From an uncultured Clostridia bacterium (GTDB lineage Bacteria > Bacillota > Clostridia > Christensenellales > UBA1242): 58,445 nucleotides of DNA. Where the stretch lies: NCBI GenBank assembly GCA_944350095.1, contig CALVOB010000018.1:1-58445 (forward strand), written 5' to 3'. Position 1 is the first letter of the stretch, and each line of letters opens with the position of its first letter. The notes beneath the pieces are model-generated. The model ran no database searches, had not been told where the DNA came from, and worked only from the letters and a program-made list of their open reading frames with translations. A program made the translations under genes and the position numbers. Of this stretch, positions 19,795-29,911 are shown in pieces.

Positions 19795-20268
19795 CTATCT
19801 TATAATCTTATATTCTTTTAAAATGCCTTCTGCTTTTTCCATCATTTCTTGTTCTTCTTCTTTGTTTTCGTGGTCATAACCTATTAAATGAAGAAGCCCA
19901 TGCAATGCTAAAAAACAGAGTTCTCGTTTATAGCTATGACCATACTCTTTTGCTTGTGATTTTGCTATCTCCTTACAAATAACTATATCTCCAAGAGAAA
20001 CAAGCCCTGTTTCTTGGTCAAGTTCTTCCGAAAGGGCTTTGTTATCTATTTTTTTATCTACAAAATTTAAATTCGGAAAAGAAAGCACATCTGTTTCTTT
20101 ATCTATATTTCTAAACTTTTTATTTAAATTTTGTATTTCTTCCCTATTGCAAATTTTTAAATTTATAGAAAAGCCTCCAAAATCTAATTTTTCAACAGCT
20201 TTATCAAAAATCTTTTTAATTTTGTTTTTTAAACAAAAATGTTTAAAATTTATAAAATTTATTTTCAT
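19795..20268 (-). CDS. ybeY: rRNA maturation endoribonuclease YbeY
   Basis: HGLLHLIGYDH zinc-binding motif. Confidence 0.9.
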   Translation of the reverse strand: MKINFINFKHFCLKNKIKKIFDKAVEKLDFGGFSINLKICNREEIQNLNKKFRNIDKETDVLSFPNLNFVDKKIDNKALSEELDQETGLVSLGDIVICKEIAKSQAKEYGHSYKRELCFLALHGLLHLIGYDHENKEEEQEMMEKAEGILKEYKIIR

Positions 20269-20385
20269 TTTTTATCCTTTTAGTGTAAAATATTATTAAC
20301 TTAAATATAAATTAATTAAATAAAAATGTCAAATATTTGAATGATTAATTTATTTTGAGAAAAAATAATGAAAAGGAGTAAAATT

Positions 20386-21435
20386 ATGACAAAAGTAGTT
20401 CAGTATGGTTGTGGCAAAATGAGCGTCTACACAATGCGATATTGCATCGAAAAAGGGGCAAAAATAATTGGAGCATTCGACATTGATAAATCAAAACACG
20501 GTCACGACATTTCTAGCCTAATGGGCGGTGAAAAATATGGTGTAACAATTCAAGGTGTAGAAGAATTTGAAAATTTTCTTTTAAAGAAAAAACCAGATAT
20601 TGTTATTGTTACTACCATGAGTTTAATTGAAGATGTAAAAGATGTACTTTTAATTTGTGCAAAATGTGGAGTAAATGCAATTACAACTTGCGAGGAAGCT
20701 TTCTTCCCTGCAAATTCTAATCCTAAGGTTTTTAAAAAGATAGACAAACTTGCAAAAGAAACAGGTTGTACAATTTGTGGTAGTGGCTACCAAGATGTAT
20801 TTTGGGGTAATTTAATTACAGTTTTAGCAGGTGCAACACAAAGCATTAAAAAAATAAAGGGAAAAAGTAGTTATAATGTAGAAGATTATGGAATTGCACT
20901 AGCCAAAGCACATGGTGCAGGTCTTACATTAAAAGAATTTGACGAGCAAGTAGCAAGTGTAGACAAAATTTCCGATGAAGAAAGACAAAAAATTATAAAT
21001 AGTGGCAAGTATCTTCCAAGTTATATGTGGAATGTAAATGGTTGGCTTGCTTCACAACTTGGCTTACATGTTAAAAGACAATATCAAAATTGTGTGCCAC
21101 AAATAGCAAAATCTAAGATTTATAGCAGTACACTTAATATGACAATTCCAAAAGGAAACGCAACAGGAATGAGTGCCGTTGTTATAACAGAAACAGAAGA
21201 AGGCATAACATTAGAAACAGAATGTATAGGAAAAGTTTATGACAAAACAGAATTTGACTGCAACGATTGGACAATAGAGGGCGAACCAAACACGAGAGTA
21301 GTTATAGAACGCCCAGCCACAGTAGAGCTTACATGTGCAACAATAGTAAATAGAATACCAGATGTAATTTCTGCTCCTGCGGGATACTACACAACAGAAA
21401 AAATGATAAAGAATGAATTTAGAAAGAAAATTTAA
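20386..21435 (+). CDS. DapB-N-like NAD(P)-dependent oxidoreductase (amine dehydrogenase / 2,4-diaminopentanoate dehydrogenase-like)
   Basis: N-terminal VVQYGCGKMS Rossmann-type motif, about 350 aa. Start at 20386, 7 nt after AAGGAG. The family call is tentative. Confidence 0.45.
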   Translation: MTKVVQYGCGKMSVYTMRYCIEKGAKIIGAFDIDKSKHGHDISSLMGGEKYGVTIQGVEEFENFLLKKKPDIVIVTTMSLIEDVKDVLLICAKCGVNAITTCEEAFFPANSNPKVFKKIDKLAKETGCTICGSGYQDVFWGNLITVLAGATQSIKKIKGKSSYNVEDYGIALAKAHGAGLTLKEFDEQVASVDKISDEERQKIINSGKYLPSYMWNVNGWLASQLGLHVKRQYQNCVPQIAKSKIYSSTLNMTIPKGNATGMSAVVITETEEGITLETECIGKVYDKTEFDCNDWTIEGEPNTRVVIERPATVELTCATIVNRIPDVISAPAGYYTTEKMIKNEFRKKI

Positions 21436-21456
21436 TAGAAGATATTTGCTTAATAC

Positions 21457-21496
21457 AAAAAGAACACATAAAAATTTTTTTATGTGTTCTTTTTTT
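21457..21496. terminator. Bidirectional rho-independent terminator
   Basis: AAAAGAACACATA/TATGTGTTCTTTT stem with flanking A and T runs. Confidence 0.75.
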
Positions 21497-21520
21497 CATT
21501 ATATATTTTTAATTGAAATT

Positions 21521-23074
21521 TTATTCTTCATTATTTTGCCAAAACATGTTTTTAATATAAGGATAGCCATCATTTATTAAGTCTGAACTTGCATAACTAG
21601 AGCCTAACTTACTTGATACAATATCTTTATCGGTGCATTCATTTAACTTAATCGATGAAGGTTTTTTAACATAACTTGAAGTATCTGCATCACTTCCATC
21701 TTCACCTGGTATAGCTTTATATGAACACTCAAACAATAAATGGCAATCTGAATAATTCTTTATAAATTTAACACTATAAGTATAACTAATAAAACTAACA
21801 ACTCCCAAAATTTCAACATCAAATAATTTCGTTCTGTTTTTCACAAAATAATATTCATTTTGTGTTTCAACAGGTAAACTTTGTTTATATACAGACCCAT
21901 TTGAATAACAATTATACCATGTTCCACTTGGTCCAGTAATACCACCAGATAAATTTGCAGATTGCAAAGTTATGTTAAAATTTAAATTATCAAATATATA
22001 ATATCCTGTACTTTCACCTATAGGCAACAATTTTAATCCAAAAAGTTGAAAGTTTACATTATATGTCGTTTGTGTATATCCACCTTTAACCGCTCCCGTA
22101 TTATAACAATTGTAAACAATTCCATATTGTCCGCAAATCCCTCCAGCTATAGCCATAATTGAACGAATTTGTAAAGGATATCTTCTTTCTTGAATATAAG
22201 CCATACCACAAGTAAAAGAATTTGAAATTATTTTTCCATCTTGATAAATGTATAAATTATTATTAGCAGTTACATTGCCCCTATTATATGAATTCCTTAC
22301 TTGTGCCGAAAGTCCTTTACCAACTATTCCTCCTGCGACAGAAAATTGTTCTCTATCTCTACCTTGTGCTGTAATATTACCTAAATTATAACATTCATTA
22401 AGATTTAATGAATTTGACTCTCCTACTATGCCACCAGCAATTGCATTTGCTGAAGTACAACTAATATTCGCATAATTAAAACAGTTTGTAATTGTAATAA
22501 AACTTTGTGAAAATCCTAAAATTCCACCTGTTGAATTTCCTCTTGATATTATATCAACCCCAACATTGCCACAGTTTAATATTTTACAATTATATCCAGC
22601 TTGTCCAACTATGCCACCAGTATAATACTGATTGTTTTGAGTAATTTTCCCACTTAAAATGAATAAATTTTCTATAGTTGCATAATTACAAGAGGCAAAT
22701 AACCCAAGACTTTTTGTTGTAGAAGAACTAGTTATATTTAAATTAGAAATTGATTTTCCGCCACCATTAAAATTTCCTTGAAACGTATTATTTGTACCAA
22801 TAGGTATAAAATTAGAGGTTAAATTGATATTATTTTCGAGTTCAAAATATTTGTTTCTCGTTGTTCCCCCAGAATTTACATATTCTGAAAAATTAATTAA
22901 ATCATCTTCATCATAAATTTTATAAGGGTTATCCTCTACCCCCTCACCAGAAAGTTCTAAGTTTATAACAGCATTCGCATTATTATTGAAAAAAGAGAAT
23001 GATATTGATAATATAAAAATAATAAAAATTGATATAAATATGTATTTTACTGTAAAGTTTTTATTTTTTATCAC
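21521..23074 (-). CDS. GLUG-motif surface protein (517 aa), N-terminal TM anchor
   Basis: LGLFA, TGGIVGQ, TGGILGF and AGGIVGE repeats. C-terminal LINDGYPYIK..W. GTG start 6 nt after GGAGG. Confidence 0.75.
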   Translation of the reverse strand: MIKNKNFTVKYIFISIFIIFILSISFSFFNNNANAVINLELSGEGVEDNPYKIYDEDDLINFSEYVNSGGTTRNKYFELENNINLTSNFIPIGTNNTFQGNFNGGGKSISNLNITSSSTTKSLGLFASCNYATIENLFILSGKITQNNQYYTGGIVGQAGYNCKILNCGNVGVDIISRGNSTGGILGFSQSFITITNCFNYANISCTSANAIAGGIVGESNSLNLNECYNLGNITAQGRDREQFSVAGGIVGKGLSAQVRNSYNRGNVTANNNLYIYQDGKIISNSFTCGMAYIQERRYPLQIRSIMAIAGGICGQYGIVYNCYNTGAVKGGYTQTTYNVNFQLFGLKLLPIGESTGYYIFDNLNFNITLQSANLSGGITGPSGTWYNCYSNGSVYKQSLPVETQNEYYFVKNRTKLFDVEILGVVSFISYTYSVKFIKNYSDCHLLFECSYKAIPGEDGSDADTSSYVKKPSSIKLNECTDKDIVSSKLGSSYASSDLINDGYPYIKNMFWQNNEE

Positions 23075-23114
23075 TATCTTCCTCCCTTGTTTATTTTAAT
23101 TTATTATAAAATTT

Positions 23115-23906
23115 TTAGTCAAATTTCTTTTGCTCGCTATTTGAATAAGTAAAATTACTTTCATTTTGTTTTTTGTATAGATAGTTTAACAAAAATATTA
23201 CTGCTATGCCCCCTGCAACCAATAATATAGACCAAAATTGCGATGGTGACATTCCAAGTATAAAAGCGCCCCTATCGTCACCACGAATAAACTCTATTAA
23301 AAATCTAAAAACACCATAAGCTATCATATATAGTGGTAAATTGTATTTAAAGTTTCGTTTATAAAATAATATTGAACAGAGTGCAAACAATAAAAATAAG
23401 AATAAAAAAACAAAAAGTTGAGTTGGATAAACTTTTGTTAAATGTCTTGGAAATAACACTCCTAACCAAGAATCAGTTTCTATTCCATAACAGCAACCTG
23501 CACAAAAACAACCAATTCTACCAAAAGCATGAGCAATTAGTATGCAACAAGGAGCTATTTGTAATAATTTTAGCATTTCACCTTTTGGATATTTTTTTCT
23601 AAATATAAAATATCCTATTAAAAAAATACCTGCTCCACCTATTAGTCCACCCATAAAGGTTAAGTTTTGAAAATGAAAACCAGCCGATGGATTTTTTATG
23701 TAATCTAATACTGCTTGAACAAGATATGCAAAGAAAAAACCACCAACTATACTTATAATTCCATTATAAAATACAAAATCTAAAAATTTTTTATTAATGT
23801 TAGCATGTTTTCCATATACATACAAAACAACAAAGCATAAAATTATGCCTACACCTATCATTAATCCATACATGGAAAAAAGCCCAAAAATCTTATCTGG
23901 TAACAT
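23115..23906 (-). CDS. lgt: Prolipoprotein diacylglyceryl transferase
   Basis: GRIGCFCAGCCYG and YPTQLF motifs, multi-TM. Confidence 0.8.
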   Translation of the reverse strand: MLPDKIFGLFSMYGLMIGVGIILCFVVLYVYGKHANINKKFLDFVFYNGIISIVGGFFFAYLVQAVLDYIKNPSAGFHFQNLTFMGGLIGGAGIFLIGYFIFRKKYPKGEMLKLLQIAPCCILIAHAFGRIGCFCAGCCYGIETDSWLGVLFPRHLTKVYPTQLFVFLFLFLLFALCSILFYKRNFKYNLPLYMIAYGVFRFLIEFIRGDDRGAFILGMSPSQFWSILLVAGGIAVIFLLNYLYKKQNESNFTYSNSEQKKFD

Positions 23907-23951
23907 AATATTAGTTTATTATTATATGCTTTAAATGTCAATTAAAAAAAG

Positions 23952-24776
23952 CTATTTTAAATAGCTTCTTTTGTAATAAAATAGGTATTGTTGTGCGTAT
24001 CCTGAAAGATTTCCAAACTCATCTATTAGCTTTTTTCTAATTAAATTCCTATTTGAACAGCTTTCATAAAATTGATTATACATCTTTTCTATCCATGTAT
24101 CGACAGGAAAAACATCTTGTCTTGAATAAGCAAAAAGTAGTATACAATCTGCAACCTTAGGTCCAACTCCACTTAAACTAATAAGTTTGTTTCTTAATTC
24201 TTCAGTTGGCAACTCTTTGCTTTTTTCAATATCAAAATTTTCTAGCTCTTTTAAAACTTTTTCAAGATATTTTGCTCTATAACCCGCACCAAGTTTTGCA
24301 AAATATTCTTCGTTTGCTCCCTTTAATTCATTTAAAGTAGGAAAACTATAATATTTCCCTATTCTTTTTCCAAAGTTTTCTCTTATCTTGTTCAATATTT
24401 TAGTTATTCTTTTAATATTGTTATTTGCTGAAACTATAAAAGATATTATTGTTTCAAATATATCTTGTTTTAAAATTCTTATTCCCGAGCCATAATTTAA
24501 AGGTTCTTTCATTACAGAATATTTGCTTAGTTTTTTCTTAATTAGAGAATAATCCGTGGTTAAATCAAAATAATTTATAAAATACTCAGGTGTATTTGTA
24601 TTTATTATATAACAATCTTCCTTTTCTTCTATATTAGCCACCTTGTCCGCGGATTGCACAATAAAATTTTCATTTTCTTTAAAATATGAAAAAACTTGTC
24701 CACACTCTAAAGTCTGGACAAGATTAAAATCTTCTTTATCTACTATAATTTTAGTTTTTTCTATGCTTTTTATCAT
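23952..24776 (-). CDS. ogg: 8-oxoguanine DNA glycosylase / AP lyase (Ogg, HhH-GPD)
   Basis: LECGQVF N-domain motif and HhH-GPD motif LSGVGPKVADCILLF..FPVDTW. Confidence 0.8.
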   Translation of the reverse strand: MIKSIEKTKIIVDKEDFNLVQTLECGQVFSYFKENENFIVQSADKVANIEEKEDCYIINTNTPEYFINYFDLTTDYSLIKKKLSKYSVMKEPLNYGSGIRILKQDIFETIISFIVSANNNIKRITKILNKIRENFGKRIGKYYSFPTLNELKGANEEYFAKLGAGYRAKYLEKVLKELENFDIEKSKELPTEELRNKLISLSGVGPKVADCILLFAYSRQDVFPVDTWIEKMYNQFYESCSNRNLIRKKLIDEFGNLSGYAQQYLFYYKRSYLK

Positions 24777-24806
24777 AAAGTTATTGGTAGTTTTAAGAAT
24801 TTTTTA

Positions 24807-25085
24807 TTATTCAGCAGGATATACACTTGCAATTTTCTTTGCGTTTTTGCTTTCAAATTTAACTACGCCATCTATTAATGCAAAAAGTGTATGGTCTTTA
24901 CCCATTCCACAATTTGTTCCTGGGTAAACCTTTGTTCCGCGTTGACGAAGAATAATAGAACCAGCTAAAATCTTTTGACCAGCGTATGCTTTAACACCAA
25001 GACGCTTGCTTTGACTATCTCTACCATTCTTTGTGCTTCCGCCACCTTTTTTATGAGCAAAAAGCTGTAAGCTTATGAATTTCAT
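24807..25085 (-). CDS. rpmA: 50S ribosomal protein L27 with cleavable N-terminal extension
   Basis: [24 protein letters not shown]. The extension before AHKKG is the Prp substrate type. Confidence 0.95.
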   Translation of the reverse strand: MKFISLQLFAHKKGGGSTKNGRDSQSKRLGVKAYAGQKILAGSIILRQRGTKVYPGTNCGMGKDHTLFALIDGVVKFESKNAKKIASVYPAE

Positions 25086-25405
25086 TTTGCACTCCTTTTA
25101 ACAGTTCTGATTTGAATGTATTTTTCATTACCTTTCATAATGTCTTCCAATGAAAGTTTTAAAGTTTTTAAAAAATCTTGTGCGTGCATTGCATCTTCTA
25201 ATACTTCAATTTTAAAATAACCGTCACGCTTAACCATATCACACTTTAAATTTAACACTTTACTTATTCCTAAATATGTGCTTTGTGTTAAAGCTGAAAC
25301 TGCACTGCATAGTATATCTGTGCCTTGCTCAGAAAAACCTGTGTGACCAGAACATTCAAACCCTGTAAGATTATTTTTATCTTTAAAAAATATTATTGTT
25401 GTCAT
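25082..25405 (-). CDS. prp: Ribosomal-processing cysteine protease Prp
   Basis: [16 protein letters not shown] motif. Lies between rplU and rpmA with overlapping stop and start codons. Confidence 0.85.
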   Translation of the reverse strand: MTTIIFFKDKNNLTGFECSGHTGFSEQGTDILCSAVSALTQSTYLGISKVLNLKCDMVKRDGYFKIEVLEDAMHAQDFLKTLKLSLEDIMKGNEKYIQIRTVKRSAK

Positions 25406-25710
25406 TATTTTATCTCAACAATTTTTATAGCTGTGAAAGGTTGACGGTGACCTTGTTTTTTTCTTTCATTCTTTTTAGCTTTGTATTTAAAAACAACAAC
25501 CTTATCGCCCTTTCCGTGCTCTACAACTTCAGCAACAACGCTTACTTTTTCTACATAAGGTGCACCAGCTGTAATTTTTTCGCCGTCTACAACAAGTAGT
25601 GGTTTAAATGTAATTTTATCCCCTACTGCTCTTTCAAGTTTTTCAACTTGAATTGTATCGCCAGCGCTAACTTTATACTGTTTTCCACCTGTTTCAATAA
25701 TAGCGTACAT
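25405..25710 (-). CDS. rplU: 50S ribosomal protein L21
   Basis: MYAIIETGGKQYKV. Start set at 25710 after AGGAGG; the longer track ORF is an upstream extension. Confidence 0.95.
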   Translation of the reverse strand: MYAIIETGGKQYKVSAGDTIQVEKLERAVGDKITFKPLLVVDGEKITAGAPYVEKVSVVAEVVEHGKGDKVVVFKYKAKKNERKKQGHRQPFTAIKIVEIK

Positions 25711-25796
25711 GGTATTCCTCCTTCCTAAAAAACTCGCTGTTAAGGTAGCCAAAAGCTTTATAACCTTTTCCATGCGGATAACATATGAATAGTATC

Positions 25797-25825
25797 AAAA
25801 AAAATGCTTGATGTCAAGCATTTTT
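25797..25825 (-). terminator. Rho-independent terminator whose stem also carries the rplU -35 box
   Basis: ATGCTTG-acat-CAAGCAT followed by U8 on the minus strand. TTGACA (25812-25817) -17 nt- TACTAT (25789-25794). Confidence 0.7.
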
Positions 25826-25905
25826 AAGTTTTATTTTTGTATAGAAGCAAATATTGCAAAACATAATAATTTAATCTATATTTTACAGTATTTCCATAGA
25901 GAGTA

Positions 25906-25978
25906 GCATTGCCTTTTGCCTGCAAAAGATAACTTGCATAAGCAAGTTGTAATTTTGACAAGGTCAAAATTGCAATGC
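25906..25978 (-). repeat. Four-way-junction palindromic element (subfamily I copy)
   Basis: Outer GCATTGC/GCAATGC encloses CTTTTGC/GCAAAAG, (AT)AACTTGC/GCAAGTT(gt) and AATTTTGAC/GTCAAAATT with no linker nt. It ends 2 nt from the stop of the lipoprotein gene. Confidence 0.7.
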
Positions 25979-25980
25979 GT

Positions 25981-26487
25981 TTATGCCGTTGGAGCTTGCT
26001 CTAAGGTTGCACTACTATCTACACTTAATGTGTAAGTTACCTCGGCTGATGTAGAATTCCATTTAATTTTAACTTGCACATTATTCTCTTTGCTTACACT
26101 AGTAATCCAAACAAGTGAGCCATCTTCTTCAAAAGCAGTTTCATCATATTCATTCCAACCGCTTTCATCTTGTCTATTTGTAGTTTTAACATAGGCATCT
26201 TCACCACCTACTGTTAAGCCAGATGGTGGAGTAAATCTTATAGCAACAATATTTCCAGCTTCAATTCCAAGCACGGTTTCACTATAAGGTATTGTACCTT
26301 TCAAAACAAGATTATAACCGTTTTGAGTTAGTGAATATTCTGCCTCTTCTGTGATTGGCGTAAAAGTTTGATTAGAACTATTGTATGTTCCAAGTGTAAC
26401 TTTTTCTGCCGGATTTCCACAAGCAATTAAGCTGGTTACTGCAAGACCAACAACTAAAGCTAGTGAAAAACTTTTTAAAATTCTCAT
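25981..26487 (-). CDS. Lipoprotein (168 aa), function unknown
   Basis: Signal peptide with lipobox LIAC-G. Start at the second ATG, 6 nt after AAAGGAG. Confidence 0.7.
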   Translation of the reverse strand: MRILKSFSLALVVGLAVTSLIACGNPAEKVTLGTYNSSNQTFTPITEEAEYSLTQNGYNLVLKGTIPYSETVLGIEAGNIVAIRFTPPSGLTVGGEDAYVKTTNRQDESGWNEYDETAFEEDGSLVWITSVSKENNVQVKIKWNSTSAEVTYTLSVDSSATLEQAPTA

Positions 26488-26708
26488 AAACATCTCCTTT
26501 TAATTTGAAATCAAAGAGATTATAATCTTTAAATTTTTAAAAGTCTTGTAAAAAAATTAGTTAAATTGTCAAATATTAAATTTTTATATTTAATATAAAT
26601 TTTAGCAGACTTTTAGTAAAAATAACAAAAAAATACATGCCTTTTAAAATTTCACTAACCAAATGTTAAATCTTTGATTCAAAAATTATATAAAGGCATG
26701 TATATAAA

Positions 26709-27902
26709 TTATTTTGAAAGTCTTAAAGTATCTTCAGCTATTGCAAGTTCTTCATTTGTAGGTATTCTATAAATTTTAACCTTTGATGACGGCAAAGAAA
26801 TTTCTTGCTCAGTATCACGAGGTAGTTTCCAATTTTTTTCCTTATCTATTTGAATACCTAAAAAGTCTAATCCCTCTAAGCACATTTCACGAATATCTTC
26901 TTGGTTTTCACCTATTCCACCAGTAAATACAATAGCATCTACTCCACCCATTGCAGCTGCAAAAGCACCTATATATTTTTTAATTTGATAAGCTAAAATA
27001 TCTAAAAAGAGTTTAGCACGCTTATCTCCCTGTGCAATTAAGTCGTTGTTTTCTCTCATATCGCTTGTCTTTCCATTAAGTCCAAGCATTCCGCTTTTTT
27101 TATTTAAATAGTTTGTTATTTCTTCAATACTCCAACCCGTCTTTTTGTTTATATATTCTATAATTGAAGGGTCAATATTTCCAGAGCGTGTGCCCATAAT
27201 TAAGCCGTCAAGTGGTGTCATACCCATAGTTGTATCAATAGAATGTCCGTCTTTAACCGCCGTCATGCTAGAACCGTTTCCAAGATGAATAGTTATTACT
27301 TTTAAGTCTTCTAATGGCTTTCCAATTATGCTTGCAACTCTTCCTGATACATATTTATGACTTGTTCCATGAAAACCATATTTTCTTATTTGCCAATCTG
27401 TATAAGCTGAATATGGAAGCCCGTACATATATGCACATTCTGGCATCTTTGCATGGAATGCTGTATCAAAAACAGCAACATTAGGAACATCTGTAAGTTC
27501 TTTACAAGCTTTTATACCCTTTATATTTGCAGGTTGATGTAATGGAGCTAGTGGAATAAGACTTTCCAAATTATTAAGCACAGTATCATCTATTAAAACA
27601 CTATCCTTGTAAATTTCTCCCCCGTGCACAACTCTGTGTCCGATTGCTCCTATTTCAGCAATGTCCATTATCACGCCCACTTCCTTATCTTGAAGTGTTT
27701 TTAAAACAAGTTCTATTGCATCAGAATGATTCTTAATTTCCTCAGTAAAAATAACTTCTTTACCGTGAGCTTTATACTTCATAAAAGAAGTTGGAAGCCC
27801 AATCTTTTCACAGTTTCCCTTAGCTATAACACTTCTATCGTTCATATCAAAAAGTTGATATTTAAGTGAGCTACTGCCTGCATTTAAAACTAATATTTTC
27901 AT
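26709..27902 (-). CDS. ackA: Acetate kinase
   Basis: MKILVLNAGSSSLKYQLF N-terminus. Start at 27902 after AAGGAG. Confidence 0.95.
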   Translation of the reverse strand: MKILVLNAGSSSLKYQLFDMNDRSVIAKGNCEKIGLPTSFMKYKAHGKEVIFTEEIKNHSDAIELVLKTLQDKEVGVIMDIAEIGAIGHRVVHGGEIYKDSVLIDDTVLNNLESLIPLAPLHQPANIKGIKACKELTDVPNVAVFDTAFHAKMPECAYMYGLPYSAYTDWQIRKYGFHGTSHKYVSGRVASIIGKPLEDLKVITIHLGNGSSMTAVKDGHSIDTTMGMTPLDGLIMGTRSGNIDPSIIEYINKKTGWSIEEITNYLNKKSGMLGLNGKTSDMRENNDLIAQGDKRAKLFLDILAYQIKKYIGAFAAAMGGVDAIVFTGGIGENQEDIREMCLEGLDFLGIQIDKEKNWKLPRDTEQEISLPSSKVKIYRIPTNEELAIAEDTLRLSK

Positions 27903-27912
27903 AAAATCTCCT

Positions 27913-28887
27913 TTATTCACATTGAATTGCCGTTATGGCTGTTAAAATAATAATATCTTTTACATTACAACCTCTTGAAAGGTCGTTTATTGGTTTATTA
28001 AAGCCCTGAGTTATTGGACCTATTGCGTTAAGACCGCCAAAATATTGTATTGCCTTATAAACAATGTTACCTGCATTTATGTCTGGCACTAAAAGAATGT
28101 TAGCCTCTCCTTTTATTTCACTATTAGGCGCTTTTCTTTTAGCTACTTCAGGAACAAGTGATGCATCAAGTTGAAGTTCCCCATCTGCTAAGATGTTTGG
28201 ATTTTTGCTTTTAAAAATTTCACAAGCTATTCTAACTTTGTCTATGCTTTCCCCTTTTGCACTTCCCTTACTAGAATACGATAAGAACGCAAGTTTAGGA
28301 TTAAGCCCAATAAAATCATTTGCCGATTTGACTGTTTGAGAAGCAATTTCCGCAAGCCCTTCGCTTGTTGGATTTTCAACCAATCCAGCATCAGCTAAGA
28401 AAAATGGTCTATTTTTCATAAATTTATTTTTCCCATAGAACATAAAACAAGAACTTACAAGCCCGCTTTTACCCTTAATAACTTCAAGTGCAGGTTTTAA
28501 ATTTCTAGCAGTGGAAACTTCTGCTCCGCCAACCATACCATCTGCATATCCAGCTTGTACAAGCATAGTGGAAAAATAAAAAGGGTCTAACATCTTTTCA
28601 TTTGCTTCTTCTAAGCTAATACCTTTATTTTTTCTTAATTCATAAAATTTTTCCGCAAGTACATTAGTTAGTTCAGAAGTTTTAGGATTGATAACTTGCA
28701 TATTATCTAGTTTTCCATATTTCAAAACAAGACTGCTTTCATCACCAATAAGTATAACATTTGCAATCTTATTTTTAGCTACTATTTTAGTTGCCTCTAT
28801 AATTCTAGGACTAAAATCCGCTTCAGGATAAACAATAGTTTTAAATTTTTCTTTTGCCTTTGTTATTAACAATTTTTCAACATTCAT
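27913..28887 (-). CDS. pta: Phosphate acetyltransferase
   Basis: Short-form Pta (IVYPEADFSPRIIEA.., C-terminal DLSRG). Start is uncertain, 28887 or 28914. Confidence 0.85.
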   Translation of the reverse strand: MNVEKLLITKAKEKFKTIVYPEADFSPRIIEATKIVAKNKIANVILIGDESSLVLKYGKLDNMQVINPKTSELTNVLAEKFYELRKNKGISLEEANEKMLDPFYFSTMLVQAGYADGMVGGAEVSTARNLKPALEVIKGKSGLVSSCFMFYGKNKFMKNRPFFLADAGLVENPTSEGLAEIASQTVKSANDFIGLNPKLAFLSYSSKGSAKGESIDKVRIACEIFKSKNPNILADGELQLDASLVPEVAKRKAPNSEIKGEANILLVPDINAGNIVYKAIQYFGGLNAIGPITQGFNKPINDLSRGCNVKDIIILTAITAIQCE

Positions 28888-28933
28888 ATATTTTTCTCTC
28901 ATTAAACCAACCATTTAATTATATTAATATAAC

Positions 28934-29911
28934 ATGAGATTGTCAAACAAATTTAGCATAAATAAAAAGCTTATTTTAATTATGATAGTTTGCATTTTAT
29001 TGGGGGCTATTATAATTAACCCTGCAATTTATATTACTTCATGTTTAAATGGAATAATTGTTTGGGCTACCGTTGTTCTTCCCGCTCTTCTTCCCTTTAT
29101 GTTCTTTACCAAAACTTTAACAGAACTTGGAGTTGCAGAAATTTTAGCAACAAAATTTAAGCTATTTCCTAAAATTTTTAAAGTTCCTTCCGTGGCAGTT
29201 TATGTGTTTGTTTTAAGCATACTTTCAGGATATCCTGTTGGTGCAAAAATAGTTGCCGATTTATATGAAAGTGGAAATATAACAAAAGAAGAAGCTTATA
29301 AAATTACTACTTTTACTTCAAACTCTGGTCCTATGTTTATTTTAGGAAGTGTGGGCATTGGAATGTTTGCTAATAAAAAACTTGGAATTATAATTTTAAT
29401 TTCTCATATTTTAGGAGCTTTAATTAATGGACTGATTTACAGAAATCATAAAGAAAAAAAATTAGAAAAAAATAAAAAAATAATTGTTAAAAATAATTTA
29501 AGTTTAGGCGAACTAATGTGGAATACAGTAAATTCCGTGCTTATTATTGGTGGTTTTATAGCACTATTTTTTGTAATTATAGAAATATTAAATAATTTGC
29601 ATATTTTTTCACCAATTTCAAACCTATTTTCCTCCATTTTTAATTGTAATTCTAATATATTTAACGCTATTTTTAACGGAATTTTTGAAATTACAAGAGG
29701 TTGCCTTGACATTTCTAAACTTGGCTTAAACGAATTTTTTTCAGGCTTATTATGTACTTTTATTATTAGTTTTGGCGGACTTGCTACCGCTATGCAAGCT
29801 TTTGTATTTTTAAAAAAATTTGATATGAGATTTTCTTTCTTTATAAAACAAAAAATAACGCATGCAATTTTTGCAAGCATTATTTCAATAATTATATTAT
29901 TTATTTTTTAA
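28934..29911 (+). CDS. YlbJ-like nucleoside-recognition (Gate) domain membrane protein
   Basis: Multi-TM protein whose N-terminal region resembles sporulation integral membrane protein YlbJ. The call is tentative. Confidence 0.5.
   Translation: MRLSNKFSINKKLILIMIVCILLGAIIINPAIYITSCLNGIIVWATVVLPALLPFMFFTKTLTELGVAEILATKFKLFPKIFKVPSVAVYVFVLSILSGYPVGAKIVADLYESGNITKEEAYKITTFTSNSGPMFILGSVGIGMFANKKLGIIILISHILGALINGLIYRNHKEKKLEKNKKIIVKNNLSLGELMWNTVNSVLIIGGFIALFFVIIEILNNLHIFSPISNLFSSIFNCNSNIFNAIFNGIFEITRGCLDISKLGLNEFFSGLLCTFIISFGGLATAMQAFVFLKKFDMRFSFFIKQKITHAIFASIISIIILFIF

Noticed and set aside
25711-25773. N-terminal extension of the rplU ORF (MEKVIKLLATLTASFLGRRNT)
   Set aside because: The canonical L21 start MYAIIETGGKQ is preceded by a perfect AGGAGG. 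The extension overlaps the leader and has no RBS.
26627-26703. Long-range 12-bp pairing ATACATGCCTTT/AAAGGCATGTAT after ackA as another multi-branch element
   Set aside because: The 47-nt interior forms no convincing hairpins. With the following U-run, it is adequately explained as a large-loop terminator.
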